A stretch of 64,000 nt of DNA from Escherichia phage AV101, in the sequence record OQ973471.1; one strand, written 5' to 3'. This document shows positions 1 through 8,498 of this stretch, piece by piece (position 1 is the stretch's first letter; every line of letters starts with the position of its first letter). Under the pieces are notes generated by a model, which had not been told where the DNA came from, did not search any database, and saw nothing but the letters and a program-made list of their open reading frames with translations. Position numbers and translations under genes: made by a program.

Positions 1-176
1 ATGGGCACTTGCACAGCATCTATGGACACGCCGTTGTCTTCAAGATATTTGTGAAAATCTTCTTGTTTGTCGGCATCGATTTGTGGCATAGAAGAACGCG
101 AAAGCCCGAGGTTCCCAACAGGAATCCTCAGGCCGTTAATGATGTTCAACCAGTCAATAAAAGATGTAAGGAACAT
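1..176 (-). CDS. hypothetical protein, partial (3' end beyond window edge)
   Basis: Manual minus-strand translation from ATG at 176-174 (MFLTSFIDWLNIINGLRIPVGNLG...) stays open to the window edge; GAGGTG 6 nt upstream. Confidence 0.3.
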   Translation of the reverse strand, partial: MFLTSFIDWLNIINGLRIPVGNLGLSRSSMPQIDADKQEDFHKYLEDNGVSIDAVQVP

Positions 177-208
177 GACACACCTCGGGATATAGGGTTA
201 TCCCTTAG

Positions 209-400
209 TTAGCGCATCCATCGATCCTTTCTCTCTTTCTCCTTGCGTTCGCGACGTTTCTGGTCGGATCGGAATAACCAATAGAAGAAGTTCCCACCCA
301 AGATGAAAACCACCGCGATTATTACTAGGACACCCTTCACAATTTCCCAAACCAATTCTTTATCCAAATTATACCTCGTCTTCTTCAGGTCCACCGTCAA
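209..400 (-). CDS. small membrane protein (one predicted TM helix, basic C-tail)
   Basis: 63-aa ORF with hydrophobic core VLVIIAVVFILGGNFFYWLF; start is TTG and no clear RBS, so uncertain. Confidence 0.3.
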   Translation of the reverse strand: MTVDLKKTRYNLDKELVWEIVKGVLVIIAVVFILGGNFFYWLFRSDQKRRERKEKERKDRWMR

Positions 401-656
401 TCAGGATACGAGCGGTGTCGAAAGTTTCCCCGCCCGTGTTCAGCAGCTTAGTCAGATCGTCAAGATATCGAACCGTGCCAAGATCAGATGACCGCGATAT
501 AAACTCCAGCATACCATACAACGCTGTTTGGAATCGGCTGTTATCGATATCGTTCTTTATTACCATCAGGCGCAAGATGTTCTCTGACTGAGTATGGCCA
601 ACACACGCCTTGTCTCTGATCATCTCCTTGATAGAACTTCTCTCTGATGGTGTCAT
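369..656 (-). CDS. hypothetical protein
   Basis: 95-aa ORF; ATGA start/stop overlap with the upstream gene suggests translational coupling. Confidence 0.45.
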   Translation of the reverse strand: MTPSERSSIKEMIRDKACVGHTQSENILRLMVIKNDIDNSRFQTALYGMLEFISRSSDLGTVRYLDDLTKLLNTGGETFDTARILIDGGPEEDEV

Positions 657-1027
657 AACGTACCCCCGACAGAGATCAAGAACTCTTCTTGCATGGTCTT
701 GACCGGGTGGTGGTTGCGGGTTTCGATCATGAAGCCCCAGCCGCCGTCGGCGACGTTGCCAAAGGTCTTGACGCCAAAGGACTTCGTCCCGTTGGAGCAG
801 GAATAGATGTCCAGGACGTATGGGCTACCCTGATTGTCGATCCCACGATTCACGTCGTCTGATACGCAGCGCTCAATCATCTTCCCGTTCTTATACAGAA
901 CGAGGTCTTGGCCATACGCCTTGAAAGCATAAACACCGTTGGTAGACACTCCGGTGATGACAGGAGGGGCGGAAACAGCAGCAAAGGAAGCGCCTAGCAG
1001 GGCAACAGCGAGGATTAACTTTTTCAT
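653..1027 (-). CDS. secreted/periplasmic small protein
   Basis: Internal start MKKLILAVALLGASFAAVSA is a typical signal peptide; listed ORF N-terminal extension is not protein-like. Confidence 0.5.
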   Translation of the reverse strand: MKKLILAVALLGASFAAVSAPPVITGVSTNGVYAFKAYGQDLVLYKNGKMIERCVSDDVNRGIDNQGSPYVLDIYSCSNGTKSFGVKTFGNVADGGWGFMIETRNHHPVKTMQEEFLISVGGTL

Positions 1028-1042
1028 GATATAGTCTCTTGG

Positions 1043-1086
1043 TTTCAAATGGGCGGGGTAATCATACCCCGCCGTGGGTTTATAGA
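1043..1086. repeat. intergenic hairpin element, copy 1 (TTCAAAT-GGCGGGG..CCCCGCC..TTATAG)
   Basis: GC stem GGCGGGG/CCCCGCC with conserved flanks; near-identical copies at 1601-1645 and 16356-16400. Confidence 0.55.
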
Positions 1087-1586
1087 GTAACAAGTGATAC
1101 GGTAAAAACCATCGTCCCGTCTGTTGCCATTTTTCTTGAAACTGGTATGACGCGAGGCTGGCAGAATATCCATTCTTTCTCCATGGACGCCAAGTCCAGC
1201 ATATCCATTTCTGATTCATCGCCTTTGTTCACAAATTTTTCTAGAGAACCATAGACATTAAGCCCCTCCGGGAGTCTGTTTCGATGTTTGTAACAAATGC
1301 GGGCAACAGCTTTGGTTCCGTACGATTTAGAAAATTTTTTGGCCACATGCTTCAGTTCACTGAAGCTAAGACAAGAGTCCCATGTCTGGAACATGTCGCC
1401 TCGTTCAAACATTATCTCTAAACGCGCAACGTCCTCTTTAGGCAACCCACGATAAAGTGTGGTCGTCTGTGGTTCGCGCAATTCTTGCACCAGATCGCGG
1501 ACGGCAGGGGAAACAGTACCGGGGCGCATGATGTGGGACTTATCATGGACGAGGTAAAATAAATCTTGAATTTGTTGATCGGTCAT
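1080..1586 (-). CDS. hypothetical protein
   Basis: ORF with internal start MTDQQIQDLFY; AGGAA RBS upstream. Confidence 0.5.
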   Translation of the reverse strand: MTDQQIQDLFYLVHDKSHIMRPGTVSPAVRDLVQELREPQTTTLYRGLPKEDVARLEIMFERGDMFQTWDSCLSFSELKHVAKKFSKSYGTKAVARICYKHRNRLPEGLNVYGSLEKFVNKGDESEMDMLDLASMEKEWIFCQPRVIPVSRKMATDGTMVFTVSLVTL

Positions 1587-1600
1587 GGTATAGTTCCTGC

Positions 1601-1645
1601 ATTTCAAATAGACGGGGTAATCATACCCCGCCCAAAGTTATAGAA
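1601..1645. repeat. intergenic hairpin element, copy 2
   Basis: Same stem GACGGGGTAATCATACCCCGCC and flanking TTCAAATAG / TTATAG as copy 1. Confidence 0.55.
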
Positions 1646-1885
1646 TTAACTGATGTGCTTCAGAAGAGCGAAGAGGATCGCGGCCTTGGCCTTTACCTTT
1701 CCCACGATGCCTGTCTCGACATCAACTTCTTCAGCAACCCACTCTTTTCCCTTCTTGCTGATGATAACGTCACGGCGCTGTGCGTAGACTTCTTTGGTCG
1801 CATACACACGGCGGAACCCTTTAGCGCGGAGCAATCCCCAATTGCGATCAATTTCTACTGAGGTTTCTACCATTTTGTTCTTCAT
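1646..1885 (-). CDS. hypothetical protein
   Basis: 79-aa ORF with ATG start and AAAGGTAAG upstream. Confidence 0.45.
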   Translation of the reverse strand: MKNKMVETSVEIDRNWGLLRAKGFRRVYATKEVYAQRRDVIISKKGKEWVAEEVDVETGIVGKVKAKAAILFALLKHIS

Positions 1886-1955
1886 GTTATAATCTTACCT
1901 TTCAACCCGGTGAACCCATCGTTCGCCAGTTATTGAATAATAGGACATTCCTTAG

Positions 1956-1988
1956 AGGAAGTAAACCCCTAAAAGTAAAAATCCCCAA
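1956..1988 (-). terminator. rho-independent terminator
   Basis: Hairpin TCCCCAAC-GTTT-GTTGGGGA followed on the minus strand by a T-run. Confidence 0.5.
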
Positions 1989-2007
1989 CGTTTGTTGGGG
2001 ACTTCTG

Positions 2008-2331
2008 TTATTTGCGCAGGGCAACCACGAGTTCAGAGAGTTCACCCATGGTCGGGTCATCGCCTTTACTACCTAGCCACCCGTCGTCGATTTCGACCTG
2101 AAACTCTTCTTCGAGGTCCATTACAATTTCGATAGCGTCCAGTTCATCACCGCCGAGGTCTTTCTTGGTACGGAGGCCAGCCAGCTTGTCCAGGGCGTCC
2201 TCGTTCTGAGATGCCACGTCGTCCAGCAATTTGCGCTTGTCATCGTCACGCCACAGATCCATATTCAGATTGTCGGTGGCGTACTGAGCCAGATGACGCA
2301 TGACTTCAACATATGTTGGTTTACTGCTCAT
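2008..2331 (-). CDS. acyl-carrier-protein-like protein with Glu in place of the phosphopantetheine-attachment Ser
   Basis: DLGGDELDAIEIVMDLEEEF aligns to the ACP motif [20 protein letters not shown]; acidic helix-II pattern retained; GGGAGAAG RBS. Confidence 0.6.
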   Translation of the reverse strand: MSSKPTYVEVMRHLAQYATDNLNMDLWRDDDKRKLLDDVASQNEDALDKLAGLRTKKDLGGDELDAIEIVMDLEEEFQVEIDDGWLGSKGDDPTMGELSELVVALRK

Positions 2332-2342
2332 GCTACTTCTCC

Positions 2343-2368
2343 CAAAGAAAGGCGGGTTGCCCCGCCCG
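2343..2368 (-). terminator. rho-independent terminator
   Basis: Hairpin GGCGGG-TTGC-CCCGCC followed by TTTCTTTGGG on the minus strand. Confidence 0.5.
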
Positions 2369-2373
2369 TTGGA

Positions 2374-4575
2374 TTAGATTTTGATTTCTTTCTCTGTCAG
2401 TTCGGCAGTGACCTTGTACTTCACGCCATCCACTTCAACTTCCATGGTGGACTCTTCCAGGTCGAGGTCGGTGAACCAGCCGTGGCCAGCAACGATACCA
2501 TACACCACTTTAGACAGTGTCTTGTTCAGGGCACGGACTTCGGTGATGGCCGCCTTGGCAGCAGCGTCGATCCAGTTTTCGATCAGCTGTTTCTGTAAGG
2601 CTTCAGGCACGGCAGTGATCATAGGAGACTTCACGAATGCTTCGTACTCTTTCAGAGCATTGGCGATGAACAAGTCACCAGCATTGAGTTTCTTGTTCTC
2701 GGCAATCTTCTTCTGTACCGCTGCGATAGACGGTAGAGATGAAGCGCCAGCGATCTTCACGTTCAGCTCACGGCTCATGTAGAAGTCGGTAGACTCTTTG
2801 GTCTCAGTCTTCGGTGAGAAGCCGTAATCGCGGATGCCGTAGGAGGACAGGAACTCGGCCGCCTCAGCGCCGTACTGTACTGCCAGGCCTTTGGCGTTAC
2901 CCTTACCAACCAGGGCGTCTCGATAGAACTTCAGCACCTTCTGCTTGCCTTTCAGGGCTTCCAGACGGACATTATCCGCAAAGAACTGAGCAGCACTGAT
3001 GTTCTTGACCATGGCGCGGTTGACCAGCGGTACGCTTTCCAGGTTCAGGACAAACACTTCCGGACCACCAAACACGTGGACGCCCATTTCGATCAGCTTT
3101 TGTACAACTTCGATATCAGCCTTGAACGGCAGAGTCTTCACGTTAATGATACCGTCTTTGACGATGGTGTAGTTGCGCCACTGGAAGGTGTCCAGTTCTT
3201 CAGGTAGACCAAACTTCTTCTGTGCGAATTCAGGCACAGCCACAGTACCGTGTTGAATTGTACGCACACTGATGTTCGGGCGCTCGGAGTTATAGACCAA
3301 ATCACTGATTGGCACAACACCCAGATCGTTGGTAGGTTCGAACGTCGGGTTCCACTCTTCGTGTTCTGCCAGCTTGAGAGCCAGGGCTTTACGCTCTTCT
3401 TTGGACTGAGCATTCGCGATCTGTTCTGCCAGCTTGTCTTCGGTGTCGTCGGTTTTCTGCACAGTACCGCGCCCGATACTCTTATAGGAGAACATCGGAT
3501 GCTTGGTAGCAACAGGCACACCAGCTTCAGCCAGGTACGTCAGCACATCAACGACGGTCGTCGCATCTTCAGCCGGAACCAGGTCATAGTCAATACCGTC
3601 AACACCGCGCAGCTGGTCGTCAACGATGGCCTGGGTCAGATCGTTCTTGATGTTGGAATAGTCCTGCTTGGTGAAGCAGTTGCTGTACTGTTTGATGAAG
3701 CGGACGTCGCCCGTCTTCTTCAGCGCAGCCCAAACCAGATCTGCGTCCATAGTGTGTACACCGTAGAACGCCAGCACGTATGCCGCCTGGATGTCCGTCA
3801 GGCTATCCATCTGGTCGATCATGTTAGGGTTTACAACCCACAGCTTGGTGACGCTCTCAGGGATGCTCACATAGCCGACCGGGTGAGAGTCATCGTCCTG
3901 TACTGCCAGCACGGTTGCCACACCGTTTTCGACGTAGATGGCATGGGTGTAGATGACTGGGACATCAACAACCACCTTCGGCACTGAAGACTTCAGTACG
4001 TTTTCCAGCTCGGTCTGATATTCGGTCTGGCCTTCGGCAAACACGTGAGTCGCGCCAGAGCGCTCGGACATCAGAGCCAGCAGTTCGCGGTTACAGTGCC
4101 AGCCGTATTCGATAAATGTAATGTTATCGAAAGCAAATGGCAGGGTCTCAGCAACCAGTAGAATTTCGTTGGTACGCCAGCAGTTGTCATACCCGTCAGT
4201 CATAAATGCCAGGTTGTTGACGTAGCCAGGTTTCTTCAGGTCACGCGCAGTATCCATCGCCAGTTTCAATGGCTCAACGAAACCAGTACAGCCGGATGGT
4301 TGCAGGAAACGGTCGATCAGTTTGTTCAGCTCGCTCAGGTCAGACGCAGCACTAACCTGGCGGCCAGCGAACACAGTACCAAAGTCGCCTTTGGAGGAGA
4401 AATACAGAACGCTCACAGTGTCTTCCGGCTTCACCAGGGATGGCAGGTTCTCCTTCAGGTGCTTGCGGACTTCAGGGAGCGCACGGTACATAGAGCCGGA
4501 AATGTCTACAACGATTACATGGTTGGACGGAGCAGCAGTCGCAACCGCATTCTTAAATTCTAATGATTCAATCAT
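2374..4575 (-). CDS. von Willebrand factor A (vWA) domain protein, about 733 aa
   Basis: N-terminal MIDAS-type motif VIVVDISGSMY (DxSxS) with downstream T/D positions; start taken at MIESLEF with AAGAGAA upstream; about 530 aa of unassigned C-terminal sequence. Confidence 0.6.
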   Translation of the reverse strand: MIESLEFKNAVATAAPSNHVIVVDISGSMYRALPEVRKHLKENLPSLVKPEDTVSVLYFSSKGDFGTVFAGRQVSAASDLSELNKLIDRFLQPSGCTGFVEPLKLAMDTARDLKKPGYVNNLAFMTDGYDNCWRTNEILLVAETLPFAFDNITFIEYGWHCNRELLALMSERSGATHVFAEGQTEYQTELENVLKSSVPKVVVDVPVIYTHAIYVENGVATVLAVQDDDSHPVGYVSIPESVTKLWVVNPNMIDQMDSLTDIQAAYVLAFYGVHTMDADLVWAALKKTGDVRFIKQYSNCFTKQDYSNIKNDLTQAIVDDQLRGVDGIDYDLVPAEDATTVVDVLTYLAEAGVPVATKHPMFSYKSIGRGTVQKTDDTEDKLAEQIANAQSKEERKALALKLAEHEEWNPTFEPTNDLGVVPISDLVYNSERPNISVRTIQHGTVAVPEFAQKKFGLPEELDTFQWRNYTIVKDGIINVKTLPFKADIEVVQKLIEMGVHVFGGPEVFVLNLESVPLVNRAMVKNISAAQFFADNVRLEALKGKQKVLKFYRDALVGKGNAKGLAVQYGAEAAEFLSSYGIRDYGFSPKTETKESTDFYMSRELNVKIAGASSLPSIAAVQKKIAENKKLNAGDLFIANALKEYEAFVKSPMITAVPEALQKQLIENWIDAAAKAAITEVRALNKTLSKVVYGIVAGHGWFTDLDLEESTMEVEVDGVKYKVTAELTEKEIKI

Positions 4576-4783
4576 TGTTCTCTTCGCCTTGTGCGTAAGG
4601 GTTAAGTTCAGACTCATCAGCGGCTTCGATGCGCGTCTTTACAGAGTCCAGCATATTGTTGATAAACTCACGAGACTGCTCCAGCTGAGCCAAGAGCACA
4701 TCCTTTGGAGCATAGTTCTGAATGCAAGCCGGAATACTTTCAGACGTCGCCTTCAGGTCGGTAAAACATTCTTTCAGTATCAT
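4568..4783 (-). CDS. hypothetical protein
   Basis: 71-aa ORF with ATG start, overlapping the vWA gene start by a few nt. Confidence 0.4.
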   Translation of the reverse strand: MILKECFTDLKATSESIPACIQNYAPKDVLLAQLEQSREFINNMLDSVKTRIEAADESELNPYAQGEENND

Positions 4784-4852
4784 TTGATCTCACTTAACAG
4801 AGACGACGCCCTGTTGGGATTTAATAGCGGTCTTCACAGACATCAGGTTTCC

Positions 4853-4878
4853 CTCAAAACAGGGGAGTCTCCTCCCCT
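4853..4878 (-). terminator. rho-independent terminator downstream of the NAD+ operon
   Basis: Hairpin GGGGAG-GAGA-CTCCCC then TGTTTT on the minus strand. Confidence 0.5.
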
Positions 4879-4885
4879 TCGGTTA

Positions 4886-6550
4886 TCAGATTTGTGAGGC
4901 CAGTTCTGTCACCAGAGGAGCGGCACGGACACGCGCATCTTCCAGCGTTTGGGTGTTGAAGAACTCGCCATCACGATACACCAGCTGGTGCTGGTTGTCG
5001 GCGTCTTGCACCTGATCAAAGGTGATACCGTCAACCAACACTAGTTTACCCTGAGAGTCTTTAATGACTTTAAGGAAACCACGCGCAGACTTTTTAGTCC
5101 CGCCTTTATCGGTCTTCGGCTCTTTGAAGATCTCACGGAATTCACCGTTCACTTTACCAGCCGTGGCTTTCACTGCTGTGCCAGTACTGTCACGGGTGTT
5201 CATCTGGTAGGTGTAGGAACCGATACCGAACACCACGTTGATGGAAGCGAAGTTCCGGTCAGCCAGACGGCTAAAGATCTGGTCTTCACGCGACAGGGTG
5301 ATAGAATCACCGTAGATCAGGCCGATGTGCTCATCCAACAGGAAGTGCCCAGTTTCAGTCTGGGTGCCACCAAAGATCTCCCACAGGCGCTGGATAGAGC
5401 CGACCGCTTCTGAACGGCTGATGATATTACGGTCATCTGCCATCAGAGAGTTGATCGTGCCTTCGCCTGTGATCAGGTGATAGGTGTTCGTCTCTTCGAT
5501 GTGGATGACTTCGGTGCTGCTGGACACGCCGCTGATGTTCAGCGTAGCGCGGTCTTTGAACCCCTCGATACGGTAGCCGCCGACGATGTGCACAGGGTCA
5601 CCAGAGTCAGGGCGGATCACGACTTTACCATTGCGCGCCATGATAATGTCTTTCAGGCGAGGCAGATAGTCGTCGATGACCTGCCAGTAATCCCACGCAT
5701 CAGACACGATGCTGACGATGCCATCAGGATACACGTCCTGCACCAGGCGGCGGAAGGTTTCGAATTCGCCATCCTTCGTGCCCATACACATCACGGCGTG
5801 TTCGGTAGCCGCAACAGAACCAGCAACGACATAATCTTCGTCGATGTCTGCGCCATAATACTCTTCTACGAAGTCCAGGGCAGGGTTGGTGTCGGTGCCT
5901 TTGAAGAACACCAGATGACCGGAACCGGAAGACGCGGCGTCATGCCACCCGCTCATACCACGGAAGGAGAAGTCGTGGCCTTGGTAGTCGATGAACCAAT
6001 GGTCCGGTGATACTCCCGTAGCGAGGGCAGCTTTCACCATCAGTGCCTTGTAATGCAGAGCGATGGTGGCGTTCGTCATCGGCTTCCAGATCTCAGAGCT
6101 GAACACAGTCTCCAGATAGTTGGTCAGCCAGTAGAACTCCGGCAGGGTATTGAACATCACATACACCGGAACACCATACGGACACATGGTGCCTTCAGGC
6201 AGCGCACGGACTTCGATAGGCAGGTAGCCGAGGTCATGCAGGGCTTCAATATGCTCTGTGCCGACGCGGCCTGGACCCAGGACTTTGTTCATGCGACGGG
6301 CATACTTCTTCAGCACCTTGGTCTTCGGGCGCTGGAAGAATGCTTCGTCAAACAGTTCGTGGAACCAGGTCATGAAGCCCTGGATACCCCAGACCACCAC
6401 GCCGTTCTTCGGCAGGTGAGAGTTGAAAAGTTTGTTAGAGCGCGGAGTTCCGTTGGAGAACACCAGCTCACTGCCTTCAGGGAACTGATAGATGTGCCCC
6501 GATTTGTAGAAGTCGATCGCATGGATTGGGTCTAAGTGGCGCATGCTCAT
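4886..6550 (-). CDS. nicotinamide phosphoribosyltransferase family protein (Nampt/NadV-like; possibly Namat of an NAD+ reconstitution pathway)
   Basis: 554-aa protein with strong Nampt-family resemblance across its length (MSMRHLDPIHAIDFYKSGHIYQFPEG... GHDFSFRGMSGWHDAASSGSGHLVFFKGTDT); 4-nt overlap with the upstream PRS-like gene. Confidence 0.85.
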   Translation of the reverse strand: MSMRHLDPIHAIDFYKSGHIYQFPEGSELVFSNGTPRSNKLFNSHLPKNGVVVWGIQGFMTWFHELFDEAFFQRPKTKVLKKYARRMNKVLGPGRVGTEHIEALHDLGYLPIEVRALPEGTMCPYGVPVYVMFNTLPEFYWLTNYLETVFSSEIWKPMTNATIALHYKALMVKAALATGVSPDHWFIDYQGHDFSFRGMSGWHDAASSGSGHLVFFKGTDTNPALDFVEEYYGADIDEDYVVAGSVAATEHAVMCMGTKDGEFETFRRLVQDVYPDGIVSIVSDAWDYWQVIDDYLPRLKDIIMARNGKVVIRPDSGDPVHIVGGYRIEGFKDRATLNISGVSSSTEVIHIEETNTYHLITGEGTINSLMADDRNIISRSEAVGSIQRLWEIFGGTQTETGHFLLDEHIGLIYGDSITLSREDQIFSRLADRNFASINVVFGIGSYTYQMNTRDSTGTAVKATAGKVNGEFREIFKEPKTDKGGTKKSARGFLKVIKDSQGKLVLVDGITFDQVQDADNQHQLVYRDGEFFNTQTLEDARVRAAPLVTELASQI

Positions 6551-7401
6551 TTTACACGTCCTGTATTTTCAGTTTTGAAAGGAAGCCCGTCGGCGGTGAT
6601 GTTCTCCCACCAGACAGTGTCGGCATACACAGCATCATAGATCCCGTCGAAAACAGAGAGACCTTTGCTGAAGATGCCATGGGTAACGAAGAGCGTCATG
6701 TGCTTAGGCTTGTGCTTCTGAAGCTCTTTGCCTAACTCAACGAACGTGCGCCCACCGTCGCAGATATCATCGACCACCACCAGATAGCGGTCTTTGATCA
6801 GTTCAGGGTTTGTAACACTCACCCCAATGATCTCACCAGTCTTGGTATCGCGGTTCTTATGGCCGTAGACAACAGGAACACCGTCCAACGATAGGCTGAG
6901 GGCTTCGGTCTTCTTAGTCGCGCCGCCGTCAGGAGCTACCAACACAGCGTTGTTCCCACGGATGAACCAGCCCAGATACTGACGCACGATGTAATCTTGC
7001 GGGACAACATGAACGTTGTTGATCAGAGAAGACACAACATGGCTGTGAGGATCTTTGATTACCACGCGGTCAAAGTTCATGCTATTGATGAATTCAGCCG
7101 CCCACTTCACAGACAGAGGCTCACCGAAGTCACAATGGCGGTCCTGGCGAGCATACGGGAAGTAAGGGATATACGCATGGAATGTCGTCAGACGGTCCAC
7201 GTTACTCAGACCACGAACGGCGTTTACCAGAAGCGCCAGCTCAATGAAGTCGGCTGATGATTTGATGTGAGCATCAATCACCACGTTCTGAACGTGGCCG
7301 ATAGGGATACCAGACTTTTGGATCTTGATATGTTCCTCACCACCTGGGAAGGTGAAGTGTTTGTAGAACACATCTTGGTCGTTCAATTTCAAACGAAACA
7401 T
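6547..7401 (-). CDS. ribose-phosphate pyrophosphokinase family protein (PRPP-synthetase-like; possibly ADP-ribose pyrophosphokinase Adps)
   Basis: PRPP-binding loop YLVVVDDICDGGRTF and PRS-like N-terminal half; GAGG RBS; co-oriented and overlapping with the Nampt-like gene. Confidence 0.8.
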   Translation of the reverse strand: MFRLKLNDQDVFYKHFTFPGGEEHIKIQKSGIPIGHVQNVVIDAHIKSSADFIELALLVNAVRGLSNVDRLTTFHAYIPYFPYARQDRHCDFGEPLSVKWAAEFINSMNFDRVVIKDPHSHVVSSLINNVHVVPQDYIVRQYLGWFIRGNNAVLVAPDGGATKKTEALSLSLDGVPVVYGHKNRDTKTGEIIGVSVTNPELIKDRYLVVVDDICDGGRTFVELGKELQKHKPKHMTLFVTHGIFSKGLSVFDGIYDAVYADTVWWENITADGLPFKTENTGRVK

Positions 7402-7460
7402 AATGCAGCCTCATGGTGTATTGTACAGCCGTATTATACTGTGACGCACAAATTGAAACG
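7402..7460 (-). promoter_or_regulatory. candidate sigma70-like promoter for the NAD+ operon
   Basis: On the minus strand, TTTCAA (weak -35), about 16 nt spacer, then TATAAT, about 35 nt upstream of the PRS-like ATG. Confidence 0.3.
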
Positions 7461-7509
7461 CCCAGCAAATTCACTGGACGTTATTGATATTGAAAAGGTT
7501 TTGACAAAC

Positions 7510-7743
7510 TCAGGATTTGGAGGAAGCACCCTTCCATGTCTGACGTTTGTAGTGGGAAGCCATGGCCATCGACCCGGCGTATTGCGTTTCACCCCTGACT
7601 ACCACAGCCACAACCAGCTTATGTCGCAACAGGAAGTCCAGACCTGACTTAGACGGGATATCGCCAATGCTCAGTGGACCACGATTGTACAGGGCATACA
7701 TGGTGTCAAGCGCCGCCCCGGTAAAAATAATCTCTTTAGACAT
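7510..7743 (-). CDS. hypothetical protein
   Basis: Internal ATG start MSKEIIFTGAAL; 77 aa. Confidence 0.4.
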   Translation of the reverse strand: MSKEIIFTGAALDTMYALYNRGPLSIGDIPSKSGLDFLLRHKLVVAVVVRGETQYAGSMAMASHYKRQTWKGASSKS

Positions 7744-7750
7744 GGTGGTC

Positions 7751-8056
7751 TCACTTAAACGAGTCAACGGTGGATGTAAGAATTTCGGGGGTGGGTTTGG
7801 CGTCTTGTGGTTCACGGAAACCCACCTTTGCGATGCGGTCCAAGACATTGTACACTTCGCGCGGAAGGGTGTCTACGACCGTGTCCGACATGAACACCAC
7901 GTCTTCTTGGATGGCGTTGTATTCAGCCAGTTTAGCCAGTTCTGATTCTACCAGGGACTTCAGCTTTTGCAATGGGTCGTTGCAATAGTTGAGACGGTTG
8001 CAGTTAGTGAGCGCCTGAGTTAGATTCTCAAACGCTTCTTGTATTTCCTTTGACAT
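7751..8056 (-). CDS. hypothetical protein
   Basis: Internal ATG start MSKEIQEAFENL; 101 aa, helical and acidic. Confidence 0.45.
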   Translation of the reverse strand: MSKEIQEAFENLTQALTNCNRLNYCNDPLQKLKSLVESELAKLAEYNAIQEDVVFMSDTVVDTLPREVYNVLDRIAKVGFREPQDAKPTPEILTSTVDSFK

Positions 8057-8438
8057 TGATATGTGCCTCGTATTGTTGACAGACAACAACTACTTTACGG
8101 CACATGTCGATATCGAACAAGCCAATATGACACTCACGCTTCTTTATCCCCAGCTTATGCGCCAGCCAACTGTAAGCGTCGCTCCTGCTCCTCTCTCCGC
8201 TTTTCCACAATGGGTCAAACGATCTATGGGCTTCCTGCTTAGCAGCACGGAGAGCGGCATTCGCCATCCTTCCCAGAGGTTGTCTGCCGTCGCCATGGGC
8301 ATGGCAACCGACACGGGCATCACATGGAGTGCACACCCAGAACTTCAGATTGCGGAGGTCAGGGCGATGAGGGTAGAGAACATCACCACCGACGAATTCG
8401 GCTGGGAGGCCACAGTAATCACATATAACAGGTTTCAT
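8028..8438 (-). CDS. cysteine-rich (zinc-ribbon-like) protein
   Basis: CDYCG...CTPCDARVGCHAH cysteine/histidine clusters; listed ORF start is GTG, internal ATG (MKPVICDYCG) preferred. Confidence 0.45.
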   Translation of the reverse strand: MKPVICDYCGLPAEFVGGDVLYPHRPDLRNLKFWVCTPCDARVGCHAHGDGRQPLGRMANAALRAAKQEAHRSFDPLWKSGERSRSDAYSWLAHKLGIKKRECHIGLFDIDMCRKVVVVCQQYEAHINVKGNTRSV

Positions 8439-8498
8439 ATTCTTTGTCCAAAAGAAACCCCGCACATGGCGGGGTTGCTCAGGCTGAGGTCAGACAGA

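Noticed and set aside
3250-3987. Plus-strand ORFs of 100-290 aa overlapping long minus-strand genes (for example 3250-3987, 5477-6010, 8061-8918, 12544-13281, 26563-27426, 28253-28957, 29638-30369, 42567-43343)
   Set aside because: They lie antisense to genes with recognisable products, have low-complexity Arg/Ser/His-rich translations and no RBS; treated as shadow ORFs.
4886-6550. Calling the Nampt-like gene simply nadV, part of a classical NadV/NatV salvage pair
   Set aside because: No NMNAT/Nudix partner is present in the window and the partner is PRS-like, so the NAD+ reconstitution interpretation fits better; the gene symbol is left blank.
7743-8056. Shared MSKEI N-terminus of two adjacent small genes as evidence of duplication
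   Set aside because: Similarity is limited to the first five codons; the rest of the proteins differ.
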